A stretch of DNA of 64,000 nt, taken from the NCBI GenBank assembly GCA_965203325.1, contig OZ241875.1, forward strand, positions 128,001 through 192,000, read 5' to 3'. The notes under the pieces were generated by a model. That model did no database searches and was not told the origin of the DNA. It saw only the letters and a program-made list of their open reading frames with translations. Source of the DNA: a bacterium. GTDB taxonomy: Bacteria > UBA8248. Positions 30,771 through 40,195 of this stretch are shown here, piece after piece. The first letter of the stretch is position 1; each line of letters begins with the position of its first letter. The translations under genes and the position numbers were made by a program.

Positions 30771-32297
30771 TTGGAGATTCTTGGAAATCTATTCTACGGG
30801 CTGGGCATTGCGCTCTCGCCGCAAAATCTCTTGATGGCGTTGTTCGGCGTCGTCCTGGGCGTCGCCATCGGCGCGATGCCGGGCTTGGGATCCGTGAACG
30901 GCGTCGCCATTCTCCTGCCCATCACGTTCGCCGTTCCGCCCACGAGCGCCATCATCTTCCTGGCGGCCATCTATTACGGCGCCATGTACGGCGGCGCCAT
31001 CAGTTCGATCACGCTGAACATCCCGGGCGCGTCCACGGCCGTTGCGACCACGTTCGACGGCTATCCTTTAGCCAGAAGGGGGAAAGCCGCCGACGCCCTT
31101 GTGACGGCCGCGGTCGCCAGCTTTATCGGCGGAACGATATCCATCGTCCTCTTCACCTTCTTCGCCCCGCCGCTGGCCGAGTTCGCCCTGCGCTTCGGCC
31201 CGCCCGAGGAGTTCGCCGTCGTCCTGCTGGCGTACGCCACCTTTGCGGGGCTGGGCGGGGAAAGCCCGCTCAAGACCATCATCGCCACCATGCTGGGCCT
31301 GCTCATGTCCACCGTGGGCACCGACATCGTGAGCGGCTCCCCGCGCCTGATATTCGGGGGCATCACGGGTTTTTACCACGGCATCAATTTCCTCGTCCTG
31401 GCCATCGGCATCTACGGCGTCGGGGAGATTTTTTACACCCTCGAAGAAGGGTTCAAGACGAAAGAGAGATACCAGGCGAAACTCGGCGTCCAGGAGATCA
31501 TCTCGACGCTCAAGAACCTCACGAAATGCACCCCCACCATCGCGAGAGGCTCTCTGCTCGGGTTTTTCGTGGGCATGCTGCCCGCCGCGGGCGCCACGCC
31601 CGCGAGTTTCATGAGCTACAGCATCGCGAAGCGGTTTGCGAAAAACCCGGAGGAATTCGGAAAGGGCGCCCTCGAGGGGGTGGCCGCGCCCGAGTGCGCC
31701 AACAACGCGGCGAGCACGGGCTCCATGCTGCCCATGCTGACGCTGGGAATCCCGGGTTCCCCGACCACAGCGGTGATGCTCGGCGCCCTGTTCGTATGGG
31801 GGCTCGTGCCGGGTCCCCGGCTGTTCGTCGAAAACGCGGAGTTCGTCTGGGGGCTTACCGGGAGCCTCTACGTCGCGAACACGATGGCGGTCATCGTCGC
31901 CATCTTCGCCGTCCCCATCTTCATCTGGATGCTCCGGATGCCGATGACCATTCTGGCCCCCATCATCCTGGTCGTCTGCGCGGTGGGCGGGTTCTCGCCG
32001 ACGCAGGATATGTTCGACGTGTATCTCATGTTCATATTCGGCGCGGTCGGCTATATATTCCGCAAGCTCGACTATCCCCTCGCCCCGATGGTGCTGGCCC
32101 TGGTCCTGGGCGGGCTGACGGAGCGCACCTTCCGCCAGAGCATGATCATGAGCCACGGGAACCCGGGCATCTTCTTCGACTTCGCGGGCCACCCCATCGC
32201 GGCGGCCTTGATGATGGTTTCCCTCGTCTTGTTCATCCTGCCGCTTATTCCGATGATATTCAGGTTCAGGGTTTCCCGGGCGGGCACTTCGGCCTGA
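30771..32297 (+). CDS. tctA: Tripartite tricarboxylate transporter permease TctA
   Basis: GAMPGLG, YYGAMYGG, TTFDGYP, AAPECANNA, LTLGIPGS. Confidence 0.95.
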   Translation: MEILGNLFYGLGIALSPQNLLMALFGVVLGVAIGAMPGLGSVNGVAILLPITFAVPPTSAIIFLAAIYYGAMYGGAISSITLNIPGASTAVATTFDGYPLARRGKAADALVTAAVASFIGGTISIVLFTFFAPPLAEFALRFGPPEEFAVVLLAYATFAGLGGESPLKTIIATMLGLLMSTVGTDIVSGSPRLIFGGITGFYHGINFLVLAIGIYGVGEIFYTLEEGFKTKERYQAKLGVQEIISTLKNLTKCTPTIARGSLLGFFVGMLPAAGATPASFMSYSIAKRFAKNPEEFGKGALEGVAAPECANNAASTGSMLPMLTLGIPGSPTTAVMLGALFVWGLVPGPRLFVENAEFVWGLTGSLYVANTMAVIVAIFAVPIFIWMLRMPMTILAPIILVVCAVGGFSPTQDMFDVYLMFIFGAVGYIFRKLDYPLAPMVLALVLGGLTERTFRQSMIMSHGNPGIFFDFAGHPIAAALMMVSLVLFILPLIPMIFRFRVSRAGTSA

Positions 32298-32371
32298 TCG
32301 GGTGAGGTTCCACCCCGGAAGCATCGCTGATGCACCTCCGGCTGCCGACCGCCTTCGGGCGGCAAGCCACC

Positions 32372-32953
32372 TTACGGCGTGATGAACTCCCAGCGGGAAA
32401 GCTTGGGATCCGCCCTATCGCAATCGTCCACAAACAGGGTTCGCCAGCGGTCGGCGCTTGAGTAGGTGGCGGCGGAGACGGCACCGACCGCGAGGCACAG
32501 GTTGGAATTCTTGAGGACCAGCTTGCCGTCGGCTTTCAGCTCGAAACGCTGAAAATTGGCGGCGTTGAAGAAGATGGACGAGGTGCTGCAATCGGCGAGC
32601 ATCGCGGCGGCGCCCGGCAGGGCGCCCCGGTTCACGCCGGCAATGGTCACGCACTTGTTGGGCGCCGGAAACCGGATATAGCCTTCCGGTGTAAACACGA
32701 CGGCCGCGTCCGGCGGCAGCCCGACCTTACAATTGTGGGCGAACAGCGGGATATCCGTGCGCAGATTGCCGGGGGTGCCCGGAATGTCGATGCAATAGCC
32801 GTCCCGCGGCCGGTCGAGACGGTCGATGAGGCGCAGATGCTGCTCGGCAGCGGCAGCGGCCTTTGCGCTGACGATGGTCAACAGACCGCCGATGAGGCCA
32901 CAAGCGGCAATCGTGTGAAGAACCTTCAAGAACCTCTTCAGATGAATTCTCAA
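32372..32953 (-). CDS. Exported ricin-type beta-trefoil lectin-like protein
   Basis: GYCIDI...HNC, KCVT...ADC, QRF, LCLAV...DDC...RW repeats. Confidence 0.6.
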   Translation of the reverse strand: MRIHLKRFLKVLHTIAACGLIGGLLTIVSAKAAAAAEQHLRLIDRLDRPRDGYCIDIPGTPGNLRTDIPLFAHNCKVGLPPDAAVVFTPEGYIRFPAPNKCVTIAGVNRGALPGAAAMLADCSTSSIFFNAANFQRFELKADGKLVLKNSNLCLAVGAVSAATYSSADRWRTLFVDDCDRADPKLSRWEFITP

Positions 32954-33069
32954 CTCGCCCCTCCAAACGGGTGCGCAACCACGGGCAGAATACCAGCCCC
33001 GCCGCCGCGACCGCTTCCTGCATTAGCGCCCGGTCGCGCGGCCCAAACGAGGAGCCACAAGCCATCAGC

Positions 33070-33213
33070 GACAATCCGAAGTCTACCTTCGTCCCGCGCG
33101 TCCGCGCCGTCAAGCCGCGCGGGAAGCGCTACGACATCCGCGACGATGTAATCCCCGGCCTGTTTCTGCGCGTCTTCCCTACCGGTGCGCGCAGCTTCGC
33201 CCACGACCGATAA
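33070..33213 (+). pseudogene. Fragment of a tyrosine-integrase arm-DNA-binding domain
   Basis: VRAVKPRGKRYDIRDDVIPGLFLRVFPTGARSF then a stop; no catalytic domain follows. Confidence 0.65.
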
Positions 33214-33269
33214 CGCATCGACAATAGCACCTCAGCGCTCCGGGTCGCGGAGCACGTCGAAAGCGTGCA

Positions 33270-33911
33270 TCAATCCGGCGCGACCGCCTCGCCCGTGTAA
33301 AAGGCCGCCGTACGCTGCGCCGCTGCGCGCGCGACGTCGGCGTCCGTTCCCGCTGCCTCGGCCGCCCGGCCCCACGCCGCACTGCTTCCGACGATGAGCG
33401 CCTTTCCGTCACGAGTCGTGTGGAACGTTGCCCCGTCCAACTTGGGTTCGTTCGGCCGCGTAAGATGCAGTTCCAGCCCCAGCAAGCCCATCTCCCAACC
33501 TACGCCGACGGCGCCGGGACCGAACTTGTGCCAGTGGTCCGACACCAGCGCGGTATGCGTAATCGCAAGGCGCGAGCGGCCGGTACTATCGTTACACAGA
33601 CGCGCCTCCACCCAGCTCACTTCATCGCCCAACTCCCACGTCAGCCCGAGATATGAGGGACACTCGCAGTGCCTGATCGTGCCGCCTGCGTTTCCCTCCA
33701 GTTGGTAGCGACCGCCGGGTTCGAGGCGGCCGCTGACTGGCAGGAACCAGCGCGGGATTCGTTCCGCGCTCGTCACGGCGTCCCAGAGGTCCTCCACTGT
33801 CGTCGCGTAGCTGCGGGCCAAGGTGACCGCGCGAGCGGCCTGTCCGTCGCGCTCCAGGGACGACACTGTGCGCTCCACGGCGTCGAGGAGGCGTTCGACA
33901 TCCAGGTCCAT
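33270..33911 (-). CDS. SRPBCC (Aha1-like) family protein
   Basis: DLWDAVTSAERIPRWFLPVSG, GGRYQLEGNAGG, GPGAVGVGW. Confidence 0.88.
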   Translation of the reverse strand: MDLDVERLLDAVERTVSSLERDGQAARAVTLARSYATTVEDLWDAVTSAERIPRWFLPVSGRLEPGGRYQLEGNAGGTIRHCECPSYLGLTWELGDEVSWVEARLCNDSTGRSRLAITHTALVSDHWHKFGPGAVGVGWEMGLLGLELHLTRPNEPKLDGATFHTTRDGKALIVGSSAAWGRAAEAAGTDADVARAAAQRTAAFYTGEAVAPD

Positions 33912-34496
33912 GGCTTCCTCCGTTTCGTCAAGCAGGCGATTATCCAGGTACATGCCACTGCGTACAGCAAATCAAGCCGCGTGGACGATGGCTCGGACCG
34001 TCCACAAGGTCGCAGACCGTCCGACAACAGCAAGTCGGAAGCCCGCCCAATGGCGACACGCCTCGACGAGCACGAGCGCCAACAGATGGCCCGGCACTTC
34101 CTTCCCCGCAACTGTCACCCGCGGTGCGGCGACCGTTGTGCGATCTGATGACCGCTTCCCCTCTGCGTCAATGTATACGTTACCCGGCACTTCGCGCCCG
34201 AGACAACGAGTCCGGCGGCTGTCATGCCGCCCCGCATTGTCTTGTTACCTCGTGCTTCCTGTACTGCCGCCCGGAAGCCGCGCGACGGTTCGTGGGACGC
34301 GTTCCCGCAAGTGCGCGGCGGGCGCTGCCGCTCAAGCGCCGCTCGGGCCAAGTGCTGATTGACAACGGCTTTCTTCCCCCGAGTGCTTGTGGGGCCAGGA
34401 AGCGGATGGACGACGCCCTTCGGCGCGTGGTTCTCACACCAGACGCATTCTTCAGTCGAAGGGTGTTGCGGCCTGCAGATTTTGAGAGATGAAACT

Positions 34497-35393
34497 TCAG
34501 GCGTCCATCGCGCACCGGAAGCCGATGTTGAAGTTCTTGTACCAGGGCTCGAAGCCCTCTCTCGCCGAGCACCTAAGGCTGTCTTCGATGTAATCCCAGC
34601 CGCAGCCCCGGGCGACCTTGGCCGTCCAGGCGTAGCCCGCCCGGCGCGGAAGCCAGCCCTCGGTGTCGCCGAAACGGATCCTGTAGCTGTCCTCGTCGCG
34701 GTGGAGGATTTCGTAGCGCTCGCCGCGTTTGACTTCGCCCAGGCTCAGGCTGCCTCCGCCCGGAACGGCGAACACGGGCACCTTCGCCATCGCCACTTCG
34801 AAGGTCGGCTTCTCCAGCCCCCGGGGGTTCTCCGCCGGGCCCGTCTGGTAGTAAAACCCGTCGAACCAGTCCGACACCCACTCGAAGACGTTTCCGGCCA
34901 TCTGCACGCAACCGTAGGGAGAGGCGCTCTCTTCGAACCCGCTCACGTTGGCGGGACAGTGGATATCCGTTTCCGTACTCGCGTAGACGGCCCGTCCGGG
35001 AGAGGGTTCATCCTCGCCCCATGGATACTTGCGCCCATCCGTTCCGCGCGCCGCCTTCTCCCACTCCGCCTCGGTCGGCAGACGCTTGCCCACCCAGCGG
35101 GCGTAGGCGTTCGCCTCCTCCCAACTGATGCTGACGATGGGCTGTTCCGGCCCCACGAAATCATCCCTCGCGAATGAGGGAGGCGGCGGAAACGCTTCGG
35201 TCTCCTCCAGGAAGGCGCGGTACTGCGCGTTCGTCACGCAGTATTTGTCGATCCAGAAAGCGTCGAGCGTAACCTCGCGCTCCGGACGCTCGTCCGCGTT
35301 GCCGACGTCGGAACCCATCAGGAAGGCTCCTTCGGGCACGCACACCATCGCGGCCTCGTCTTTCCCTTTTTTCATTTCCCTCGCTTCGTTCAT
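34497..35393 (-). CDS. FGE/SUMF1-domain protein with an inserted SH3b-like segment
   Basis: FLMGS, VTNAQY, RLPTEAEWEKAARG, MAGNVFEW, IGFRC; about 55 aa insertion before RGCGW. Confidence 0.85.
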   Translation of the reverse strand: MNEAREMKKGKDEAAMVCVPEGAFLMGSDVGNADERPEREVTLDAFWIDKYCVTNAQYRAFLEETEAFPPPPSFARDDFVGPEQPIVSISWEEANAYARWVGKRLPTEAEWEKAARGTDGRKYPWGEDEPSPGRAVYASTETDIHCPANVSGFEESASPYGCVQMAGNVFEWVSDWFDGFYYQTGPAENPRGLEKPTFEVAMAKVPVFAVPGGGSLSLGEVKRGERYEILHRDEDSYRIRFGDTEGWLPRRAGYAWTAKVARGCGWDYIEDSLRCSAREGFEPWYKNFNIGFRCAMDA

Positions 35394-35421
35394 CTTCGTC
35401 TCTTCGGAGCAGGCAATAGCG

Positions 35422-35452
35422 AAAAAGAGCGGGACCCCGAAGGGCCCCGCCC
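35422..35452 (-). terminator. Rho-independent terminator of the oxidoreductase operon
   Basis: Minus strand gggcggggccc-ttcg-gggtcccgctc-ttttt. Confidence 0.75.
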
Positions 35453-35480
35453 TGGACTTGCCGGTTCTTCGTTCCCTACC

Positions 35481-36509
35481 CTACTTCTTGCTCGGGTCGT
35501 TCACCTTGAAGGGGATGACGCCGGGAACCATCCAGTCGTCCCACATCTTGTCGACTTCGCTCTGGAAGTATTCGTAGTCTTCCTCTACGAAGTGGTGGAA
35601 GCGGCCCTGCGTTTCCAGGTACTCACGCACCGGCTTGCGGCGGCGCTTGCCGTACACCTGCCGTGCCGAAATGCCCGTATAGGTGAGCGCCCCGTCCGTC
35701 ATCTCCCAGAGCGGGAAGAGCCCCGTCTCCACGGCCAGTTCGCCGAGCTTGTGGGAGTAGAACGGGTCGTAGTCCCAGCCTTTGGGGCACGGGTCGAGCG
35801 TGTGCACGAAGGCGGGCCCCTTCACGGCCAGCGCCTTGCGGACCTTGTCGATCAGATCCGCCGGGTAGGAGGCGTCCGCCGTCGCCACGTAGTTGCAGCG
35901 CGTGTGGCCGACCGCGTACATGGCGGCGATGTTCTTTTTCCAGCAGTCGTGCATGATGCGGAACTTCTTGCCCGGAGGCGTGAACGTCGTGTTGGCGCCC
36001 CACGGAGACGCGCCCGAAATCTGGATGTCGGTGTTGGCGTACGACTCGTTGTCGTAGCAGATGATCGCCAGATTGTATTTCGCGTGCATGAGCGCCGCCG
36101 AGATGGACGAGACGCCCATGTCGATGCCGCCGCCGTCGCCGCAGAAGGCGATGACGTTGATGGGCTCTTCCTTCATCTTGCCCTTGCGCATGAGCGCCCG
36201 GAGCGCCGCCGCCGTTCCCGTGGCAGCAGAACCCGAAGAGCCCAGCTGCGTGTGCATCCACGGCACGACCCAGGGGGTGCTGTAGTACGTGGTGTTCGCC
36301 ACGTACATGCAGCCCGTGCTGCCCAGGATGATGGAGCGGGGGCCGGCCGCCTTGGCCATGAGGCGCATGATGAGCGCGCTCTCACAACCCTGGCACGTCC
36401 TGTGTCCGCTGGTGAAATACTCTTCCACCGCCTTTTCGGGGATGGCGTTCACCTTCCCCATCAAGGGAAGTTCCTGTGTCCCGATGTTGTATTCAGAGGT
36501 TTCGGCCAT
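35481..36509 (-). CDS. 2-oxoacid:ferredoxin oxidoreductase beta subunit (oxalate oxidoreductase-like, TPP-binding)
   Basis: GHRTCQGC, TGC, GDGG...DNESYANT, PCPKGW. Confidence 0.9.
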   Translation of the reverse strand: MAETSEYNIGTQELPLMGKVNAIPEKAVEEYFTSGHRTCQGCESALIMRLMAKAAGPRSIILGSTGCMYVANTTYYSTPWVVPWMHTQLGSSGSAATGTAAALRALMRKGKMKEEPINVIAFCGDGGGIDMGVSSISAALMHAKYNLAIICYDNESYANTDIQISGASPWGANTTFTPPGKKFRIMHDCWKKNIAAMYAVGHTRCNYVATADASYPADLIDKVRKALAVKGPAFVHTLDPCPKGWDYDPFYSHKLGELAVETGLFPLWEMTDGALTYTGISARQVYGKRRRKPVREYLETQGRFHHFVEEDYEYFQSEVDKMWDDWMVPGVIPFKVNDPSKK

Positions 36510-36512
36510 GAT

Positions 36513-37730
36513 TTAGTCCCTCACTCCGATCCAGTCGACATCGTTGTCGGCCGCATCGTTCTGACCCATGGAAATGACCTTGTCAGCCATCAGCTTGACG
36601 TCTTCGAGCAGCACCTCACGGCCACCGAGGCCGCAGACGAATCCTTTCATGTGAGGCACCTTGTCCGCCCCGTACATGGCGGCTTTCACTTCGTTGAACA
36701 CTATACCACCATGATAGGGAGAACCAAACGAGTAGTCACGGTCAATGACGCCCACCGCCTTGAATCGCGAGAGCGACGCACGCAGTTCTTCCGTCGGGAA
36801 GGGGCGGAACCACTTGAGGCGAACCATGCCGACCTTCTTGCCTTCCTTGCGCATCTCGCGGATGGCGACCTTCACCGGCAGGCTCAGCGTCCCCATGCCG
36901 CACAGCACGACGTCGGCGTCCTCGGTCATGTACTCATCGAGGAAGGGGTCCGTGTCCACGCCGAAAGTCTTGCTGAAATCGGCGTGTGCTTCCTTGAGCA
37001 CGGTGTAGGCGTTTTTCGCCGCCTCGCTGCTCTGGCGCCTCACCTCCATCAGCCAGTCTTCGTTCGCCTGGGGCGCGATGGTGATCGGGTTGTCGGGGTG
37101 AAGCAGCAGGTCGCCCCTGTCGTAGGGCGGGAGGAACGCGTTGACTTCCTCCTGGCCGGGCAGCCGCACCGTCGCCTGGCTGTGCGTCAGGAACGCGCCG
37201 TCCATCGCGATGGCGCACGGCAGGTAGACTCTCGGGTCCTCGGCGACGCGATAGGCAAGTAGACCCAGTTCGACGACTTCCTGCGCCGTGTCGGGGAAGT
37301 TGATCATCCAGCCCAGATCGCGCACCAGCATGGCGTCGTTGTGCTCGGTGCCGAACGCGCCGGGATCATCCAACGCGCGGCAGCCCACCAGGGCCACCAT
37401 GGGCAGCCTGAGGCCCGCCGTAACAGCCAGCGGTTCCATCGCGTAGAGCCAGCCCACGCCGCTCGAACCGGTGAACACGCGCGCGCCGCAGGCCGAGGCG
37501 TGCTTGACGATCTCGAACTGGCCGTGCTCGCTCTCCGCCGGAATGTAGTCGGCGTCGAAATCGCCCTCGGCGATGAACTTGGAAACGTACTGCATCACGG
37601 TGTCATACGGCCGGATCGGATACGCCGTGATGACATCCACGTCGGCGAGGCGGCAGACGTGCGCCATGACCTCGCTTCCGGTGAGGAGATGAACTCCCGC
37701 ACCCTGTTGCTGTTCGGTAGCTGTTGCCAT
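36513..37730 (-). CDS. 2-oxoacid:ferredoxin oxidoreductase alpha subunit (oxalate oxidoreductase-like)
   Basis: YPIRP, ESEH, TGSSGVG, RALDDPGAFGTEH, FRPFP, GLGG. Confidence 0.9.
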   Translation of the reverse strand: MATATEQQQGAGVHLLTGSEVMAHVCRLADVDVITAYPIRPYDTVMQYVSKFIAEGDFDADYIPAESEHGQFEIVKHASACGARVFTGSSGVGWLYAMEPLAVTAGLRLPMVALVGCRALDDPGAFGTEHNDAMLVRDLGWMINFPDTAQEVVELGLLAYRVAEDPRVYLPCAIAMDGAFLTHSQATVRLPGQEEVNAFLPPYDRGDLLLHPDNPITIAPQANEDWLMEVRRQSSEAAKNAYTVLKEAHADFSKTFGVDTDPFLDEYMTEDADVVLCGMGTLSLPVKVAIREMRKEGKKVGMVRLKWFRPFPTEELRASLSRFKAVGVIDRDYSFGSPYHGGIVFNEVKAAMYGADKVPHMKGFVCGLGGREVLLEDVKLMADKVISMGQNDAADNDVDWIGVRD

Positions 37731-37748
37731 CAGTTCGCTCCTATTATC

Positions 37749-38939
37749 CTATTTGAGGTCCTGGAGAGATTTGACCTGGGCCGTTTCGGGGTTGTGACCC
37801 ATCTCGATGCCGATGCCTGAGAACGCCTGCCCGAGACCGGTGATGGGGTGACGACCCTCTATCTTGCCGGTGCTGATCTTCTCGTCCATGTATTTGTCGT
37901 AATCTTCCTTGTTCTCCTGCCACATCTGCCACTGGCTGTCGCGCTCTTCGAAGACGACCTCGTTCACCATGGTGATGCAGTCCTTGACGGGGCAGATGGC
38001 CTCGCACACGCCGCAGCCGCAGCAGGCTTCCATGTTGGCGTCGAAGAAGCCGTCCGGCGTGACGTCGAAACAGGTGTCCGGGCACGCGACCCAGCACAGG
38101 GTGCATTTCGTGCACTTATCGAACGAGACGACCGGACGCATGGTGCGGGTCGACCATTTCTTGAAGTAGGGGTTGCGTCCCGGCTCATAGCCGCCCTCGC
38201 CGCCCCGGAAGCCCTCGTGGCCGCCCACGCCGTCGATGACGACGCCCTGACGCATTTCGTGCCACTTGAGGAGTTCGAACGTGAAGGGGACTTCATCGTT
38301 GCCCTGGCCCGGTTCGATTTCGACGGGACGCAGGTCTTCATAAACTTCTCTCGCGGCTTCGACGTGTGTTTCCGAGCCGATGTTCTCGCGAATCGCCGAT
38401 TCAAGCGACGCGATGGAGCACATGCTGGGCTCGGCCTTGAGGGCCGCCGCCAGACAGCGCGCGTCGGTGCCGTCGTCCTTGTACACCCAGAGGCCGGCGA
38501 AGCTCGCCTCGCCGGGGATGATAGCCAGCTTGTAGGGCGTGTCCCTGCGGTGGATGTGCTGGACGAGTTCGTCTTCTTTCTGGTTGGACGTGACGATCAG
38601 CGTGCCGCCGGGCTTCGTGACGGCGTTGATGGGCTGAAGGCCGTACCATGCCCACGATTCCACGCCCTTGCACAGGGTGTCGTCCACACAGATGGAGATG
38701 TCCACCTGCTTCGGCTCATACTGCGCCGCCACGGTCTCGAGCTCTTCCTCGTTGTCCGCGATGTAGCCGAACTGCTTGGCCGGAATTCCGTTTCGCTCGG
38801 GCGAATCGCTGTAGCGCCCGAAGGAGATGCCCGGCTTTCCTTCTTTCACGGCCGCGAGGATCAACGTCCGTGAAATTTTCACCGCAAGGCTTTTCTGGAA
38901 AATTCCTCTGTAAATGACTTCAAACGATATGACGCTCAC
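37749..38939 (-). CDS. 2-oxoacid:ferredoxin oxidoreductase gamma-delta fusion subunit, 2x[4Fe-4S]
   Basis: Gamma-like N-terminus; WSTRTMRP, CTKCTLCWVACP, CCGCGVCEAICP. Confidence 0.88.
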   Translation of the reverse strand: MSVISFEVIYRGIFQKSLAVKISRTLILAAVKEGKPGISFGRYSDSPERNGIPAKQFGYIADNEEELETVAAQYEPKQVDISICVDDTLCKGVESWAWYGLQPINAVTKPGGTLIVTSNQKEDELVQHIHRRDTPYKLAIIPGEASFAGLWVYKDDGTDARCLAAALKAEPSMCSIASLESAIRENIGSETHVEAAREVYEDLRPVEIEPGQGNDEVPFTFELLKWHEMRQGVVIDGVGGHEGFRGGEGGYEPGRNPYFKKWSTRTMRPVVSFDKCTKCTLCWVACPDTCFDVTPDGFFDANMEACCGCGVCEAICPVKDCITMVNEVVFEERDSQWQMWQENKEDYDKYMDEKISTGKIEGRHPITGLGQAFSGIGIEMGHNPETAQVKSLQDLK

Positions 38940-39010
38940 ATTCGATACCCCCCACTTAGAGTTGAAGAACCAAAACTTTTTGCTTTAAGGCTTTGTTCCC
39001 TGAAAGTCGG

Positions 39011-39754
39011 TTATTCCGATTCGAGTTTCGCCAGATGATCCAGTTTCAAATGGGCTTCGGCCTCGCTGCCCTCAATCTCGACCAGATGGCCGATCATTCC
39101 CGCCATCGCCCTGTTCTTGTCCTTGTCCAAAACGGCGCCCAGAATCTTCTGGTGCGCTTCCCACGAGCGGAAGCGGACATTCCCGTCACGGCGAAGCGAG
39201 CGTTCCCGCATTTCGCTCAGGGAATTGAGCAGACTGCTCAGCAGATGATGGAGGAATTGATTCTTGGCGGCCTCTGCGAGTTCGAGATGAAACTGGGTAT
39301 CCTCCCTCAAACCGAGTCTTCCGCCTTCTATCGCATCATGCTGCCGCTGGATAGTATCTTCGAGCATAACCAACTCCGCCTCAGTCGCGCGCTCGGCGGC
39401 CAGGGCGGCGATTTGCGGCTCCAGCACCATGCGCGCCTCGAAAAGATCGTGGATGCCGCTCGCCGCGTCGGAGGAGACTTTTTCGGAAATCATGGGGAGC
39501 AGGGCCTCAGGCTGCGCCGTGACGAACGTGCCCTCCCCCTGCTTCGTCTCGACGAGCCTGGCGGATTCCAGCGAACGCGTGGCTTCGCGCACCGAATTGC
39601 GGCCCACGCCGAATTGCTCGCAAAGCTCACGCTCCGACGGCAGCTTTTCGCCGGGCTTGATTTCGCCCTCCAGTATCAAAGCCGTGAGTTGTTCGACGAT
39701 GGCCTCGTAGACGCGCGTCTTCTTCACCGTCTGTAGTCTGTCGCTGATGACCAC
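39011..39754 (-). CDS. GntR family regulator, FadR subfamily (FCD domain)
   Basis: LPSERELCEQFGVGRNSVREA, GEGTFV, EARMVLE, DTQFH. Confidence 0.93.
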   Translation of the reverse strand: MVISDRLQTVKKTRVYEAIVEQLTALILEGEIKPGEKLPSERELCEQFGVGRNSVREATRSLESARLVETKQGEGTFVTAQPEALLPMISEKVSSDAASGIHDLFEARMVLEPQIAALAAERATEAELVMLEDTIQRQHDAIEGGRLGLREDTQFHLELAEAAKNQFLHHLLSSLLNSLSEMRERSLRRDGNVRFRSWEAHQKILGAVLDKDKNRAMAGMIGHLVEIEGSEAEAHLKLDHLAKLESE

Positions 39755-39805
39755 GCTTCAAGCCCCCGAATAAGTGCCTCACAGAGAGGCTTATCACCTT
39801 ATGGG

Positions 39806-39849
39806 ATTGTCCTACCAGTAAATTTACGTCTGTTTCCGGGAGGTGTCAA
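39806..39849 (-). promoter_or_regulatory. Sigma70 promoter with adjacent FadR-type operator
   Basis: TTGACA(39849-39844)-N17-TAAATT(39826-39821), then ACTGGTAGGACAAT (39819-39806). Confidence 0.65.
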
Positions 39850-39950
39850 CCGTAAATACGGGAAAATGCCGGGTTTTAGGGTCCGAATATGCGGAAATCG
39901 GCGATATCCATTGCCTTCATTTCACTTCCCCATCGGAATTCAGGGTTTCA

Positions 39951-40073
39951 GTAGGGACTTGTCCGACCTTCGAGACTGTTCGCCGTAGGGACAGGCCCCG
40001 TGCCTGTCCGCTCGAATCACAACCACGGGGGTGGACAAATCCGATACGGGCGGCCACGGGGGGCCGCCCCTGC
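39951..40073. repeat. GTAG-type REP palindromes (inverted pair plus a fragment)
   Basis: gtagggacaggccccgtgcctgtcc (~39986) and gggcggccacggggggccgcccctgc (~40048-40073). Confidence 0.65.
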
Positions 40074-40195
40074 GAAGCCTCTTCGTTCATCATCCCGATG
40101 CCCGCCCCTAAGGTCATCCCCGCCTACCCCCGCCTCCGTCAAAATGCTAGGATTTCCCGTCTTCAATTTCGCCTCATCATCTTCTCGATGAAAGA

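Noticed and set aside
33972..34492. Short ORFs upstream of the SRPBCC gene
   Set aside because: No recognisable motifs or RBS, and conflicting frames; treated as decayed DNA
35592..38873. Long plus-strand ORFs (556 aa, 341 aa) opposite the oxidoreductase genes, and similar shadows elsewhere
   Set aside because: Antisense shadows expected from high-GC codon bias; the opposite strand has clear motifs
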